Source of the DNA: Fimbriosthenelais zetlandica
Taxonomy: Eukaryota
Assembly: GCA_977030845.1 (NCBI GenBank)
Contig: OZ365110.1
Coordinates: forward strand, 20,212,001-20,276,000
Reading direction: 5' to 3'
DNA length: 64,000 bases
Shown here: piece after piece, positions 14,400-26,200 of the stretch
Layout: each line of letters starts with the position of its first letter
Numbering within the stretch: position 1 is the stretch's first letter
Notes under the pieces: generated by a model
The model's database searches: none
The model's input: the letters and a program-made list of their open reading frames with translations, nothing else
Told to the model about the DNA's origin: nothing
Position numbers and translations under genes: made by a program

Positions 14400-14830
14400 C
14401 CTAAACACACGATTGGTGGCATGCTTGAGTCAAATTTGTTTTCTCAAAGTTCAATATTTGAGGCTCATCAACTATTTGTGACAATTGATTCAAGATATGC
14501 TGGAAGATGCTCAGCATGAGATGGTCAATGAGTTGTATTTACTCTTAAAGTATCAAAACTTATGACTAACACAACTGATTTCCAATTCCCTGGACTACTA
14601 TTTTTCCACTGATTGTCTTAGTTTGCCATTTCCAACACCTATCCAATCATGTTGAAGGTTGTTGTTGTTTTCGACGAATTTACCAGAATCATAAAAGGTA
14701 TAATCAAAATTTCATGACTGACGATTAATGTTGCACACCTGCCAGGAAAGCACTAAGCATTGTCTATCGTGACATGAATAAACTATTGGAACTCTCTCGT
14801 GTCAGCTCAACATATACTGTATTATTGAAC
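14400..14830 (+). mobile_element. Ty3/Gypsy integrase fragment
   Basis: FPIPWTTIF / TDCLSLP (frameshift, 14579-14627) and MLKVVVVFDEFTRI (14649-14690) match PxxPWxxISxDFxxGLP and ILVVVDxFTK. Confidence 0.6.
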
Positions 14831-15248
14831 ACTGGGCTCTCAATCCTTAGAATTGACCCTTTCTGACCTAACTAAACTTACTGGTAAAACAAAACAATAT
14901 AATTTATGTTCATGATCCTTTGAAATAATATCAATTGAAAATGCGTGATTGATCTATAATTATAATACGAGAATATTATGTTTTACATTGACAATTGGAA
15001 CAAAGAGACAACAATGGATAGATCTATCAAAGACGGTGCTTTGGTGGGAGATCTTCGTGGGCGGTTCAATCAAATTATTCTTTGATGGGTGACATTAGCT
15101 TCGTCTAATAAATATCTTTTTGTTTGCCTCAACCGTATGAGGAATGCTCACGCTGCACGAATGTAGCCTGATTAAATTTCCCAGTTCCATATCACTTGCA
15201 TTTATTCACCCACGGTTATGGACTCACCAGTTCTTAAAGTTTGAAATT

Positions 15249-15868
15249 TCAATGTCCATTATTTCTGACACACCCTTCTTGCATTGTCAGACACGGATTC
15301 AGCTCATTTAGGAAATTAAAGCCCGGGAGGTGATTTGAATATTTGCATTTTCTGGGTGATTGGGGGCATATCACATAACAGCATTTCATAAGGCTGCTAC
15401 CGGATAGTGAAACATTGCAAAAAAGGACCTCTATTTGTTTTAATGTCATTGGCTTCGCGTTTCCTAGTTATTCTTTTCCAAAATGTGAAAATGAGCTTTT
15501 TTCTCTGGAGTTCAATGCATAGGCGTTTTTTGTAAAACTCATGGAAGCCGCGATTATGCCAGTGCTTCATTTGACCATTTGCAATTTTAACTGCATGACT
15601 CTTTGGGATGAAATTCCATTACATAACTGGAACAAAATTGACCAAACGTCCACGTTGTATGACATGTTCATAATGTTAAACCTATGCATAATTTCCTCCC
15701 ATGAAATTCCCATTTCCTTCTTAACCCCATCCCCGACCCAAAACGTATTTTTAATCGGGGAAACGGATGAAAAAAGGTCCCTTGGCTTGGAGAGTGGAAG
15801 AAGCACATCTTTCTTCTGGTTACCAATAACTTTCCCAGAAAGTCCACCTTAAGCTGTCTGCTGTTCAC
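15249..15868 (-). mobile_element. MULE (FAR1-like) transposase relic with SWIM-like finger
   Basis: SWEEIMHRFN...LCNGISSQRVM resembles the MULE WxxMxxxY...GMSTTQRSES segment. The downstream CCYVICPQSPRKCKY resembles a SWIM CxC...CxH finger. Confidence 0.45.
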
Positions 15869-16392
15869 ATGGCTTTAGCATTGGTATGGGGAGGTATTGG
15901 TGGACCACTCTCGCCCTAGTGGTGATTGATGGACGGATTTAGGCATTCAGTCCCTCATCTAACCAAGGAATCGGCCTTCTTGCTGATGGCTTCACCCACC
16001 GCTTCGTAATAGTGTACAACCATCTCAATATTATGTTGCCTTCCCCATATTTCCGAATGTCAATTATCTATGGGTCTTTGACTATTTCTTGTTGGGCTAG
16101 CTAAATGACTGAGCTGCCAATATTTTGTGTGGGTTATATTATCAACAAATACGTTCTCTGTGGGTATACTCAATGCATATCAAGTTTGCTTTCGCAATGT
16201 AGGCCTACTGTTGTGTATGTCACACGAATACTCTTATTTGTCTATTCCCGCATTCCCAAATTACCAGCCTAAAAGTAATAAGATATTTTGTTATGTCCAT
16301 TTCAATATTCCGTATAAAGGAAAGGGATTCTGTTCCCCCATCAAATTTCTATCATCGCCACCGTTTCCTCTGGTTTTTGTTTTTTTTCCATC

Positions 16393-16680
16393 TTGATGAA
16401 GGATGAGTGGGCGGGATACATGTGCTTACTGATGCTTTTCTGGTTGTGTGCAGAGGTGCGGATCCTTCAAAATGGATCCCTGATTACAACGGATCCCAGT
16501 CCACTCACGTCCCATCGCAGCCATCTCCCTCCACAATACATACATTCTCCATCAATCACTTCCTTCAGCCGCCTTACAACTACATATATAGACTCCTTCA
16601 CCCTTCACCTCCACCCACTCCTAGACACTGCTCTACAACCTGCCCCTTACCAATACAGCTGTGTGTGCAATGAGAACCAA
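16393..16680 (+). mobile_element. 3' end of a LINE ORF2
   Basis: SHLPPQYIHSPSITSFSRLTTTYI matches the WNxLPxxxxxxxSLxxFKxxL C-terminal motif of CR1/L2/Jockey-group LINEs. Confidence 0.5.
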
Positions 16681-18999
16681 ATCATGAAAATATGCTCATG
16701 TTTACTTAAAATCGAGTTTTTACTCTCCAGTGTCTTGTAAAAATTGCACCCTACTTCTGTGGTTTGTCCAATATTTAGTCAATTATTGACCTCATTAATG
16801 CAAGACACTACAGACACAATCTGCTTGTCACTGTCGGCCCCCGTTCCTGTTGGTTGTCACTTAATTGTTTCATACGACTTATGTCAATTTGTAAATTGAC
16901 AAGCATGCAATGCAGAGTTGGTGAGAATGTGATACATTGATAGCCGAGAAATTGCTGATGTTGTACTGAAAGTTGATCACTAACTTCCAGAGCTTCAGTC
17001 GTTATATATCGCTGTGTCAGGTCGGTGGGGAACCGACTATATTGCTTGATGGGCTTGTATTGGGTATAAATCCTTTGTGCAAGTAATCCTTCTATCATAT
17101 ATCATGGAAAGCCCGAGGATTATGTTATCAAATGCTCATAACTCTCAGTCTCTTTTCCTTTCTTACCGTTTCTCAATATATAGCAATTGAACGGTGGCTT
17201 ATAAGTTCAAATCTCATTTAAGTTAATAACAGGGACGTTTAAGGACGTACTTACAATGACGTCAGGTGGTAATTGATGTCACATCCGGAAGTATGACGTT
17301 TGGAAGATTGCATTACACTGTACTTTTGTGTGCGTCTGTTTGGTCCCTTCCAAAGCAATATTTATAGGGACGCCCACTTCTTTTTCAATACCCAATCCCA
17401 TCCTCCCCCTCAAGTGCCCCTTCACATAACAGGCCTTTAACCAAGATAGATAAGTGCCTAATAAGATAAACACTGCGAGGGAGGATGAACATTAGGGTTT
17501 AATACATATATCCCTGTGAAAATATGCTGCAATTTTATCCTTAGAACGCAAGCTATATTTATACATTCATAAACATTTGATCTTGTTTATAAAACACAAT
17601 AATATATTTAACCATTTTGAACCATGTGAGCTTTAATCGTCTAAAAATGTTTTCAAAGGAGAAGACCTGAAATAGATTATGGATCGCGATTCTTGTAAAA
17701 ATAACCCATTAAGCTGGGATTTAATGGGGGTAATAGATTCTCAGCAGCATAGATCCAGTTGCCCCAGGAGGGAAAATGATGGGCTAATCCGGCCCTGTGA
17801 ATGGGAAAACATCACTCTCTACCCGGACCTTCTCATATCGCATGGATTCCCACATAGAAATGCCTAGTCATCGTATATCCTCCTTCTTTGATAATGTCAT
17901 TTGCCTGATCCATATGCAGATGATGCAGCCCTTTGGAGCTGCTTCGGTCTGGGGCAGGCAGGTTAATTGAATTTGGACTTTTACAATAGTGAGTGAGGTA
18001 TTCCTCCATGCGATGCAAGTGGCATGATGACATCGCTTGGTGGCATGTCTCAGATGTCCTCACGTCACATGTAGGTTTGCTACTGTGGTCCCTTATTAGC
18101 CGTACACTATACTGTACACTGGCACTGTTATTTCCCATCGAAAAGCTGCATTGCACCAATTGGCGCTAACCTGATAATGAACTGCTTATCATACAGTTGG
18201 TGCACTCTATTCACTTACCATACTACTTTAGTTGCTTCTTCATTCTTCTTTAACATGAGTAAAACCCCCATTGAATTTAAAATACTCTAATTTGTCTAAA
18301 CACAATACTAGGAAACCTCAGTAAGGCAATTCCACCAGTACTTTGTGTTTTATGAACCATCTACGGAATGCTTTGTTTGCATAGTAATATCCATTAATTT
18401 GAAATACTCTGAAAACCTTTTTCCCATTCACTCGTGATTTCACATAACTTAGGAAGGCACTTCTATAGGTTCTATGTGACCAACATAAAAGACTCACTAC
18501 TGACAGTCTCCATAAGGAATCATGTTTCTTATGAAGCACACTGTACTTATATAATGGAAATTCATAAGAAATCATCCCAGGAGCGGAAAGTCTGCTATCT
18601 ATGGGATACTTTCTTTTTGAACGAAATTAATTATCATCATGTTATGATTATTCTAATGAAATTAACTCCTCAACGTATGCAATTATCGTAATAGATCTGT
18701 GTGTATGTAATCGGGCTTGAACTATATTGCATATGGAATCGGGCGGGTGGTCTTTTATATGTATGCACGTTCCCCACTGCACTCAAACTAATAAAAACAC
18801 CAATATTAGTTTGGCATCGAACGATCGGCTGAATCTGTTTTGCAATGGTGGGCCTTTACAATGAAAGGCAGTGCGGACTATAGCCAGCTTTAACGGCAGT
18901 TATTGCAAAGTTATGGCGTGCAAGGTGTCCTGAGCCAAAAAGGCAGTGGAAGCCTGCCCCAGCGTTCCCCTCCATCCACGCGCCATGGTCATCAGACGT

Positions 19000-20540
19000 C
19001 AGTCTGATCGCCAAATACGATACCTACCTCACTCATTCACACACAGCCTGGCTTATGTTTCCCATGAGAAAAAGGTCCAAAAAAACGTCCATCTCCCTGG
19101 CAATCCCAATGATAATGAATCATTCCCAACGAGGCATGTAACAAAGAGATAGTCCCAGGCAGAAAATATTAGATAAAGCATTACCTCGACTGACGGTTTC
19201 AAATAATAAGAGTGGTATTGAATCACAAATGCTTTTCCATCACCATACCTGGGACTTGTAGGACAAAACAATGCATTCTCTTGCTGGGAATATGACATCT
19301 TTAGGGGAAAAGCAGGTAAGCCAGGGGGATCTCAATAGAATGAGTGGATGACTCTCCATTAAAGGAATTGATGTTTTCCAAAGCTTATAGCTCACCTGAT
19401 AATACAAAGTGCTACTCTCCTTCAATTGGAATGTGCAGTAAATCATTCCTCATAGCAAAGGAGCTATTTATTATTACTTGCATCATGTTGATGGAATGGA
19501 AAGATCCCTTAAAAATGTATGTTGTATTCATTTAAGAGTGAGATAGTAAGAGATAGTCAGAATTGTCTGAGCAATTAAAGCCTCAAGCCTTTCATTTTTT
19601 TACTCGGGAGTATTATAACTTACCTGCAGATTCTAGAGTTCCTGTCATGTCTCCACTTTCACGCCTTGTCTTGGGTTGCTCTACCTTGACTTGTCAAAGA
19701 AAAAGCTGCTGTCAAGATAGAAAGAGAACAGTTGATAACAAGGCCACTTACACAAGGTTTTGAGGCTCCTCTCGAAAACTGTTTGTTGGTAACTTCTTAA
19801 CGAGGTTGCAGGCACTGTCTGTATAGATATAGGAAGCCATGGTGGTATTATAATAATAGCCAAGGGGCGTTTTATAAGAAATATTCTACATTAACCAATA
19901 TATCTGTATGCTGCTTTAATACACATGCACGAAGACCACTACCATTCTTTTTCGCATTGCCCAAACCATATGGTCAGATTACCGTTCACTGTGAAAGATT
20001 TGCCCATCACCAAATATCCCTCGAAGACCTGGAAGAAAATAATTATTTCAATCCAAACAAAACAGCTTCCTGGAAAACCACTCCACACATATATTGCACT
20101 GTGTGGTCTTCTTTATCCCTGAGATGTAGCAACAGTATCACAGGGCACCGCCTTGTGGACTCCGAGAAAGCTTTTGAGACATTTGACCACCCCGTGCTTC
20201 TCAGGATAAATCATCTCTTGGCCTTGACTCTCCTGCGACACATTGGTTCTCTTAAAGCTACCTGGCAAACAGAAACCAGCAAGGTCGATGCAATGGACCT
20301 CTTTTCAGCACACTTCCCTCCACCCTTGAGTTCCACAAGGCCTAATTTTTGGCCCCCTGCTTTTTCTAATTTATATAAATGACCTTCCCACTGCCCTACC
20401 CAACAGCCCCACCCAACTCTGTTCTCTGATACCGTTCTTTACCTCTCTCACCCCTCGCCCGATGCCATCCATGTGCTCTTGATGCTCTCTCCATATACTG
20501 CCAAACCAACAAGTTCACCTTTAAATTAATGTAGCAAAAA
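19000..20540 (+). mobile_element. LINE reverse transcriptase relic (CR1/L2/Jockey-like)
   Basis: VDSEKAFETFDHPVLL (ORF 19957-20382) and VPQGLIFGPLLFLIYINDLP (20330-20389) are clear non-LTR RT motifs. The upstream boundary is approximate. Confidence 0.85.
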
Positions 20541-21181
20541 ACCAAAGTTGTAAACTTAATAATATAAATAAGCGAGGCACGGCTGTAGGTGGAAGATCAT
20601 GGGACAGTCATTTCCCCAATGCCCCATGAGCCTACAACCTTGAATTGTTCTGTATAAATAATGTTGAATAAGAAAAAGGTGCCTGAGCACACCAAGGCTC
20701 ACACTTTCTGAGGGGCAGGGAATAGAGATAACCAAGTACCAACGTATCATCAGCTACTTCCAATTTGCCCTCCTTCGAAGACGTTACTTTGGTAAACAAT
20801 TTACCTGGCCTTGAACCAGAATTATGCTGCGTTGTCCCCCTAATAACTAATACAATTTGTTGTCTTTCTCTTATGCAACTGCATAATGTCCCCCAGCAAA
20901 CACAATTTTTGGTCATGAGCGCATTTTCATCTGCTCATAAGTAATTCATTATTTTGTATGCTGCTTAATTAACTGACGTTGTCAGCCGTCAGCCAATTAT
21001 TGGCTTCAAGGAGAGAATCTGAACTTATTGCAACAAAAGCCTTTCAAACGACTAGTATTGAATTTCAGTGATTTCGCTATCAAAGATGACCTAAGAATAT
21101 GTAATATCAGTAATGACCCCAAATCAAAATATTGGGCCGTCTGAAATGGATATCCAGTTCGTTGTTTTTATCATGGAACTT

Positions 21182-21442
21182 TTACATTTCCATTACAGTT
21201 TTCCCCTCAGTCAGTAATTTCCCTGAGGGTAGACTACATTGCTTCTTATACCCAATTAAATATCCACAAAGGGTCTTTAATAACTTAGATACTTGCCATA
21301 AACAATGATATATTACATGCAATTGGAAATTGGCAGTCGCAATATGGAAAACTCTGCAGGCTTTCCTGTGCTGACAAAAAGAAGACCAAGAAAAGCAAGC
21401 CCTGTAGTGGGTAGGTTCAATTGTAAGCGATACCATCGTCAA
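21182..21442 (-). mobile_element. possible SWIM/MULE transposase fragment
   Basis: ACFSWSSFCQHRKACRVFHI has SWIM-like Cys/His spacing. Confidence 0.25.
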
Positions 21443-22775
21443 TTATCCTGAGGTTAAGACTAGGCGTGCACTTTTTGCTGATAGATCGGAAGATCACATT
21501 TAAGATGGGCGATAAGTGATAAAGACGGACGCCAAGCCTTGCTTCTCAGGCCACAAAGAAGAGAAAGTGCAATCTAAGTAGCCGTTAATGAGGAAAGGTT
21601 TGGCGAATAGAGAGAGATAGATTATCAAGGGCGTCCATTCTGTGATCCTTATTGACCTTTGGATGTAAAGTCCGTGATCGAAATGAAGATAAATTGATGT
21701 AACAGTGACCGTGGAGTGCACGGTATCTGGTCCATTATAGGCGGTATTGTTTAGTCACCCACAGTCTAATTGTACTATAGGGTCACTATTACTTCTTTCA
21801 TTCGCATTCTTCTGTCCACTACAATTCTCTTATCGCAGTCAGCTATCGTGACCTTTGCTCCACCATTTGTAAACACCATTTCCCCATGTAATTCTTTCAT
21901 GTCAATGTCTAAATAATTATTTCACTGGTCGTATTTCCCCAATATAACCTCTTGCTTTGTTATATTCCCTTTCTTATCGTACAATAACAAAATCTCATAA
22001 TCTTTCTCTTTTCAGTCTGCTTTTTCATCCTCTTTTCCTTTCTTAAGTTCTTGTGTCCAATTTATTTCTTGTTCTCACCCTCCAACCCCTCCGAGTAAAT
22101 TCCATTATGGTTGCTCCTTGTCCACTCACCCATCCACTCATCGCGGAAGACTTTTCATTAGCCACTCTCCCCGACAGACCCCCAAAAGCTTTTTTCGCAG
22201 TGTCTCATTGGAATTAAAAGAAATGAGCGAAAGAAGTTCATTTTTGCACTCTCGAGGTTTTAATTCTTGACTCCCTTTGCAAAAGTCTTTCCGCTGCCTT
22301 TCTCCAATTAACGCCAGTAACCCTTTGTGTTCCTTCCTATAGACCATATGCTACTGATTTTTAACACTTCTACAATTAATCAATGACACCTTTTTATTGC
22401 ATGTGCAGAACAAAGTTGCAGCTGTTTTGAATTGCTTGGGACAGGCCGTAAAAAAGCCTGCTGTGATGAATCATATTTGCAATTAGACAAATGTGTTACC
22501 ATTATGAGTGATTGAGAACGTTCAATCATAATGTTGGTAAAGCTATAGCTACTTGTGGGCTGTGAAGACAATGGGAATCTATAAGAGGCAGTACATTCAC
22601 CACATCCAGTTTCCTTTTTCCCTTATTGAAAGTTATGGCCTTTCTTTATTAATCACCTCTAATGTAAACAAATGTAGCACTTTTTAGCTTAATACATGTC
22701 TAGACCTGCATGTGGATCATATTGAATTAATACCATTAAGTAACAATGCTAATAATAGAACTCTTTCTTTTTCAG

Positions 22776-22816
22776 ATTTGACGTTGGTCTCTCTCAAGTC
22801 AAGTCTAGGAGTGAAG
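22776..22816 (+). CDS. candidate 41-nt internal coding exon of the same host gene
   Basis: Branch-like GCTAAT at 22748-22753, tract ctctttctttttcAG ending 22775, donor AAG|GTAAAT at 22817. Spliced to 2567-2604 it reads RSGKSVLIGETI-D-LTLVSLKSSLGVK. A second open frame reads FDVGLSQVKSRSE. Confidence 0.55.
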
Positions 22817-23709
22817 GTAAATAATTCGGTTCGGTACCATTTTAATTCCATCTCCAATCAAACTGTAAGCTAAAATAATGTTTAAAAAAATGTTTAAATT
22901 ATTTAAAATTGCTATTGCCTTTGATGATAGGTTCATGACGCCCCTTGCATTTCATATTTTATTTAACCGCGGTATTAATTGCGTATCAAATTATGCATAC
23001 AAAATGTGCATATAATGTCTGTATATGAAAACCACAGAATAACCACACAATATTGCATTGATCCATCCGACCACTGATCCTGATTCTCTAGCGCAGTCTG
23101 GTATTTTCAAGACAACCAGCCTCAAAGTCCCCGCAGTGTATGCAGAAAGAGCATCCAATCCACAGATGGAGAAACACAAGCTAGCATTGAAACCAGAATG
23201 AAAGTCCTGACGAGCCAGATGAGGAGAGCAATACATTGGTGGTCTTATCTGTGGCCAAGGATGCTGAGCCAGGCAGGGCCAAACTGCTGCCGGCTTCACT
23301 TTCCATCAATGCTAGCTGATGAGAGTGGTGATTGATGCATTGTATACAGTAAGGTCACACTGCCATTGCTCGCCGGCCACTCTTCACTCTGATCAGATCG
23401 ATCGAGAGATCATATGATCCTACTGCCTGAGGAGGCTCGCACAGCTTGTATAGGTTTGTTCTATACCCTATACCGTAATGGAACGTATCTGGCTCTAACC
23501 ACTCTATACGTGATTTACTCCCAAACAGCCTGTGTAGTAATTAGCCACCTGATGGAGGCTAAATGGACTTGGCTCTTACGTAAAGACAATACACTACTCC
23601 CTCTGGGTGTTTCATTTACACTCATCTATAATTGATGAATTCTTTATGTTAGCATCACCGCCGATGGTTTAACACTTGACTTTTGATTCCGTGCCTCATG
23701 TCACGGCAA

Positions 23710-24140
23710 TGTTCACTCATGGGAGAGCCAGCCGGAAAAAATGGACTCTTTCCAAGGGAAAAGGTCTTTTCATAAAAGCTCCAAGCTGCCATAGGTGTCA
23801 ACATTTAATCAAGGTTTATGGCCTGTTGTGTTAGCTCCATTATGCACGTCTGCCTCTTGGGATTAATAAATCCTGGTTTTATTTAGTTTTAACCATCCAC
23901 CATAACGGGCCATGCCAGGAGAGCTGTTTTTTCCTGAAAACTAATTGGCGCCTAGAGACGATGGCCACAATGTAAGTTGATGGCGCATGAACAAATGGGG
24001 CTTAATATTACACCGGACAACTTTGAAATCTATCTTTCAACCCCAGAAACAAAGTTTACTCAACAAGTATACTCATTACAGAAGCTCTAGATCAACACCA
24101 TGATGACGTTTTTCCATGGGATCCACTCAGGGATGCATAT
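23710..24140 (-). mobile_element. Tc1-type transposase relic
   Basis: In correct order on the - strand: KLCFWG (24057-24040), FQEK (FQQD-like), and a frameshifted WPxxSPDLNxxEHLW relic ending HLW at 23797-23789. Confidence 0.55.
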
Positions 24141-24600
24141 TGCTCATCATTTGGTGATAGACATAAATGCTTAAGTATCAGCTACTACAACCAACATGTC
24201 AGTTCTCTCCACACTATTACACAAATTCCCATCGTCTTGTAACAAAATCATTTGCTGTAAAGAATAGAATAATCAATCAAATTAAATCTGTCATCTTTTA
24301 TCATTATTCCCCGTATAAACTTGCCATTGGAGAGTATTTAATTAGCCTCATGTACACATACATCCCCGCTCTTGTCATAGTAAGAAGACACATTATTTTC
24401 ATATATGCTCATAGAACGTACATCCTAAAGATAATAAATAATATTGTAACACAGCACATCAAGGCTCAAGTGTCTATCAGGGACTATACGAATGCTTCCC
24501 TTTCCCTGAAGTCATTGTCATTACAAAGCTGGTAGATTAGACCGAAATCCAGACGCCTGAACGTTACATTGCCCAGCTGTCAACCAAGAACGCACCCTGT

Positions 24601-25035
24601 TTGACACAGAGGACACTTGGTCCCCCCAGGGGAGAGGCAGCATGGCTCCATGACTTCAATGGACGAGGTGGCTATACACTGGCCATTAAGGGGACGATAT
24701 TGGGACCATGTTCTGGTTCTTATCGACCCCTGGTCTTCTCAATACTGCCTCTCCTGCATGGGGGAATTTTGTTATCTGAAGCTTGCAGCCCAACGAAAAT
24801 CGCCTGTTCTGCTGCTATGCCCAGTATCAAGCCTGCTACTCTAGCCCACAACCCTACAATATGCCTACCTCCCTGTTCTACAGAGGAATTATGCCAGGCC
24901 ATGGCTCTCAAAGGTCCTAATTCATGCCTCTTTCATCCGCCTATAAGTCATCGAAACCAAAAGGGAATGCATATAAAGCGTAGCCTGGTTCTTTCCAGCC
25001 TTTCATGCTGTCAGCTAACGTCATGTGGACGATAA
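24601..25035 (+). mobile_element. Ty3/Gypsy reverse transcriptase relic
   Basis: LHDFNGRGGYTLAI (like LDLxSGYxQI), LLHGGILLSE (like YLDDILIYS) and LKGPNSCLF (like LKxxKCxF), in the expected order. Confidence 0.5.
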
Positions 25036-25165
25036 TCCCTCACCGAATATTAACTGTTCTGGAGCAAGATCAGGACCCCGGCAAGGGCCAGAAATATGGG
25101 CAGCATAAGTATTATTATACCGGTACCACGGCATTCTTACGTCCATATTGTATAGTGTTATTCAG

Positions 25166-25207
25166 GTTGTCAAAATTTGGCTAATTTGCAATTCTTTCCA
25201 TGAACAT
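25166..25207 (+). CDS. candidate 42-nt exon (VVKIWLICNSFHEH)
   Basis: gtgttattcAG acceptor and GTAAGT donor at 25208. Only phase 0-to-0 is open, which is compatible with ...LGVK of exon 22776-22816. Confidence 0.3.
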
Positions 25208-25681
25208 GTAAGTTCATTTACTGTGGATTCAAGCAGTTTTTCGATCAATCTCTCTGGTATGGGTACCTTATGATAGATTACATTTCCCTATATTGTACTC
25301 TTATTACTTTTTGAAAGATGACTTACATGTGTAATTTGTATCATGATTAATATGCATAAAATTACAGTTTTAGTTGGTTCGAAAGGGGTTTCCCATCCCA
25401 GTGTGTAGTCAGGAAGAAGCCAATTCCTTACTTCTTCAATAATGAGCAGAAGAAGTCTTCCCCCAAAGCCCTCTGACTGGAGTGCGACTTAGTAAATAAG
25501 AAATGAAATGGCCCTGTCGGTTCAAGGTCTACAAATTAATCCCAGAAACAAGGATTCATTGGTAAGAAGATTTTCAGTGACGCCTAGCAATACTATTTGT
25601 CCTTTCGAATCTGTTCTGGCATACAAATGACTTGTTTACGAACCAAGAACATGTTGCTTTGTCTCGAAAGCATAGAAGTGT

Positions 25682-26200
25682 CTATTTACTACATGCTATT
25701 AAAGCACCATGGAGCAAAACATGAACAGTTGAACAGTGGGGACGACATAATAGTAGATGAAATACTTCTATCCATAGAAATGAGGATGAGAATGAACATG
25801 TCGGATGAAAGCACAGAAGGATCAATGAGTTGGAGTATCTCCACTTCAGTCCTGGTTCATCAGGTTTGTCTTGTAGCTCTGGTGCAAAGCATGCATATCT
25901 GCCATGCCCATTTGTCAAGTGCCTTCCACACACAAGACAAGTTCCACTGACTGACCTTCTCCACTCGATGAATAACAAACCAAACAAAGTCTACACTCAT
26001 TTATCACTCGTATTTTGCATTTTCTTCCCTCGGAAATGATACTTCCGGTCGCATAATAAAAGGTCCTATCTTTGGTGTGCCATCACAAAAGGTTGGTGAA
26101 GGATACTTACGAGCTGCAGTCTGATTTGTTGGATGCCTGGAAAGAAGGCCTAATTTCTCAAGGAAATTGCTTTGCATCTTTGTAGAGAGGGAAGCTTGAT
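25682..26200 (-). mobile_element. possible Ty3 integrase C-terminal fragment
   Basis: GLKWRYSNSLILLCFHPTCSFS loosely resembles YxLxLP...IHPVFHVS. Confidence 0.25.

Noticed and set aside
17260-17300. TGACGTCA and CCGGAAGT (CRE- and ETS-like) as a promoter
   Set aside because: Two short motifs with no associated start exon or other support.
18318-18575. Protein-like 85-aa ORF, and similarly 30393-30626, as viral or novel genes
   Set aside because: No motif I can name, and the lengths are within chance for six frames of 64 kb.
20632-20916. VADDTLVL as a LINE YADD motif
   Set aside because: The LFN-like motif falls after it rather than before it, which is the wrong order for an RT.
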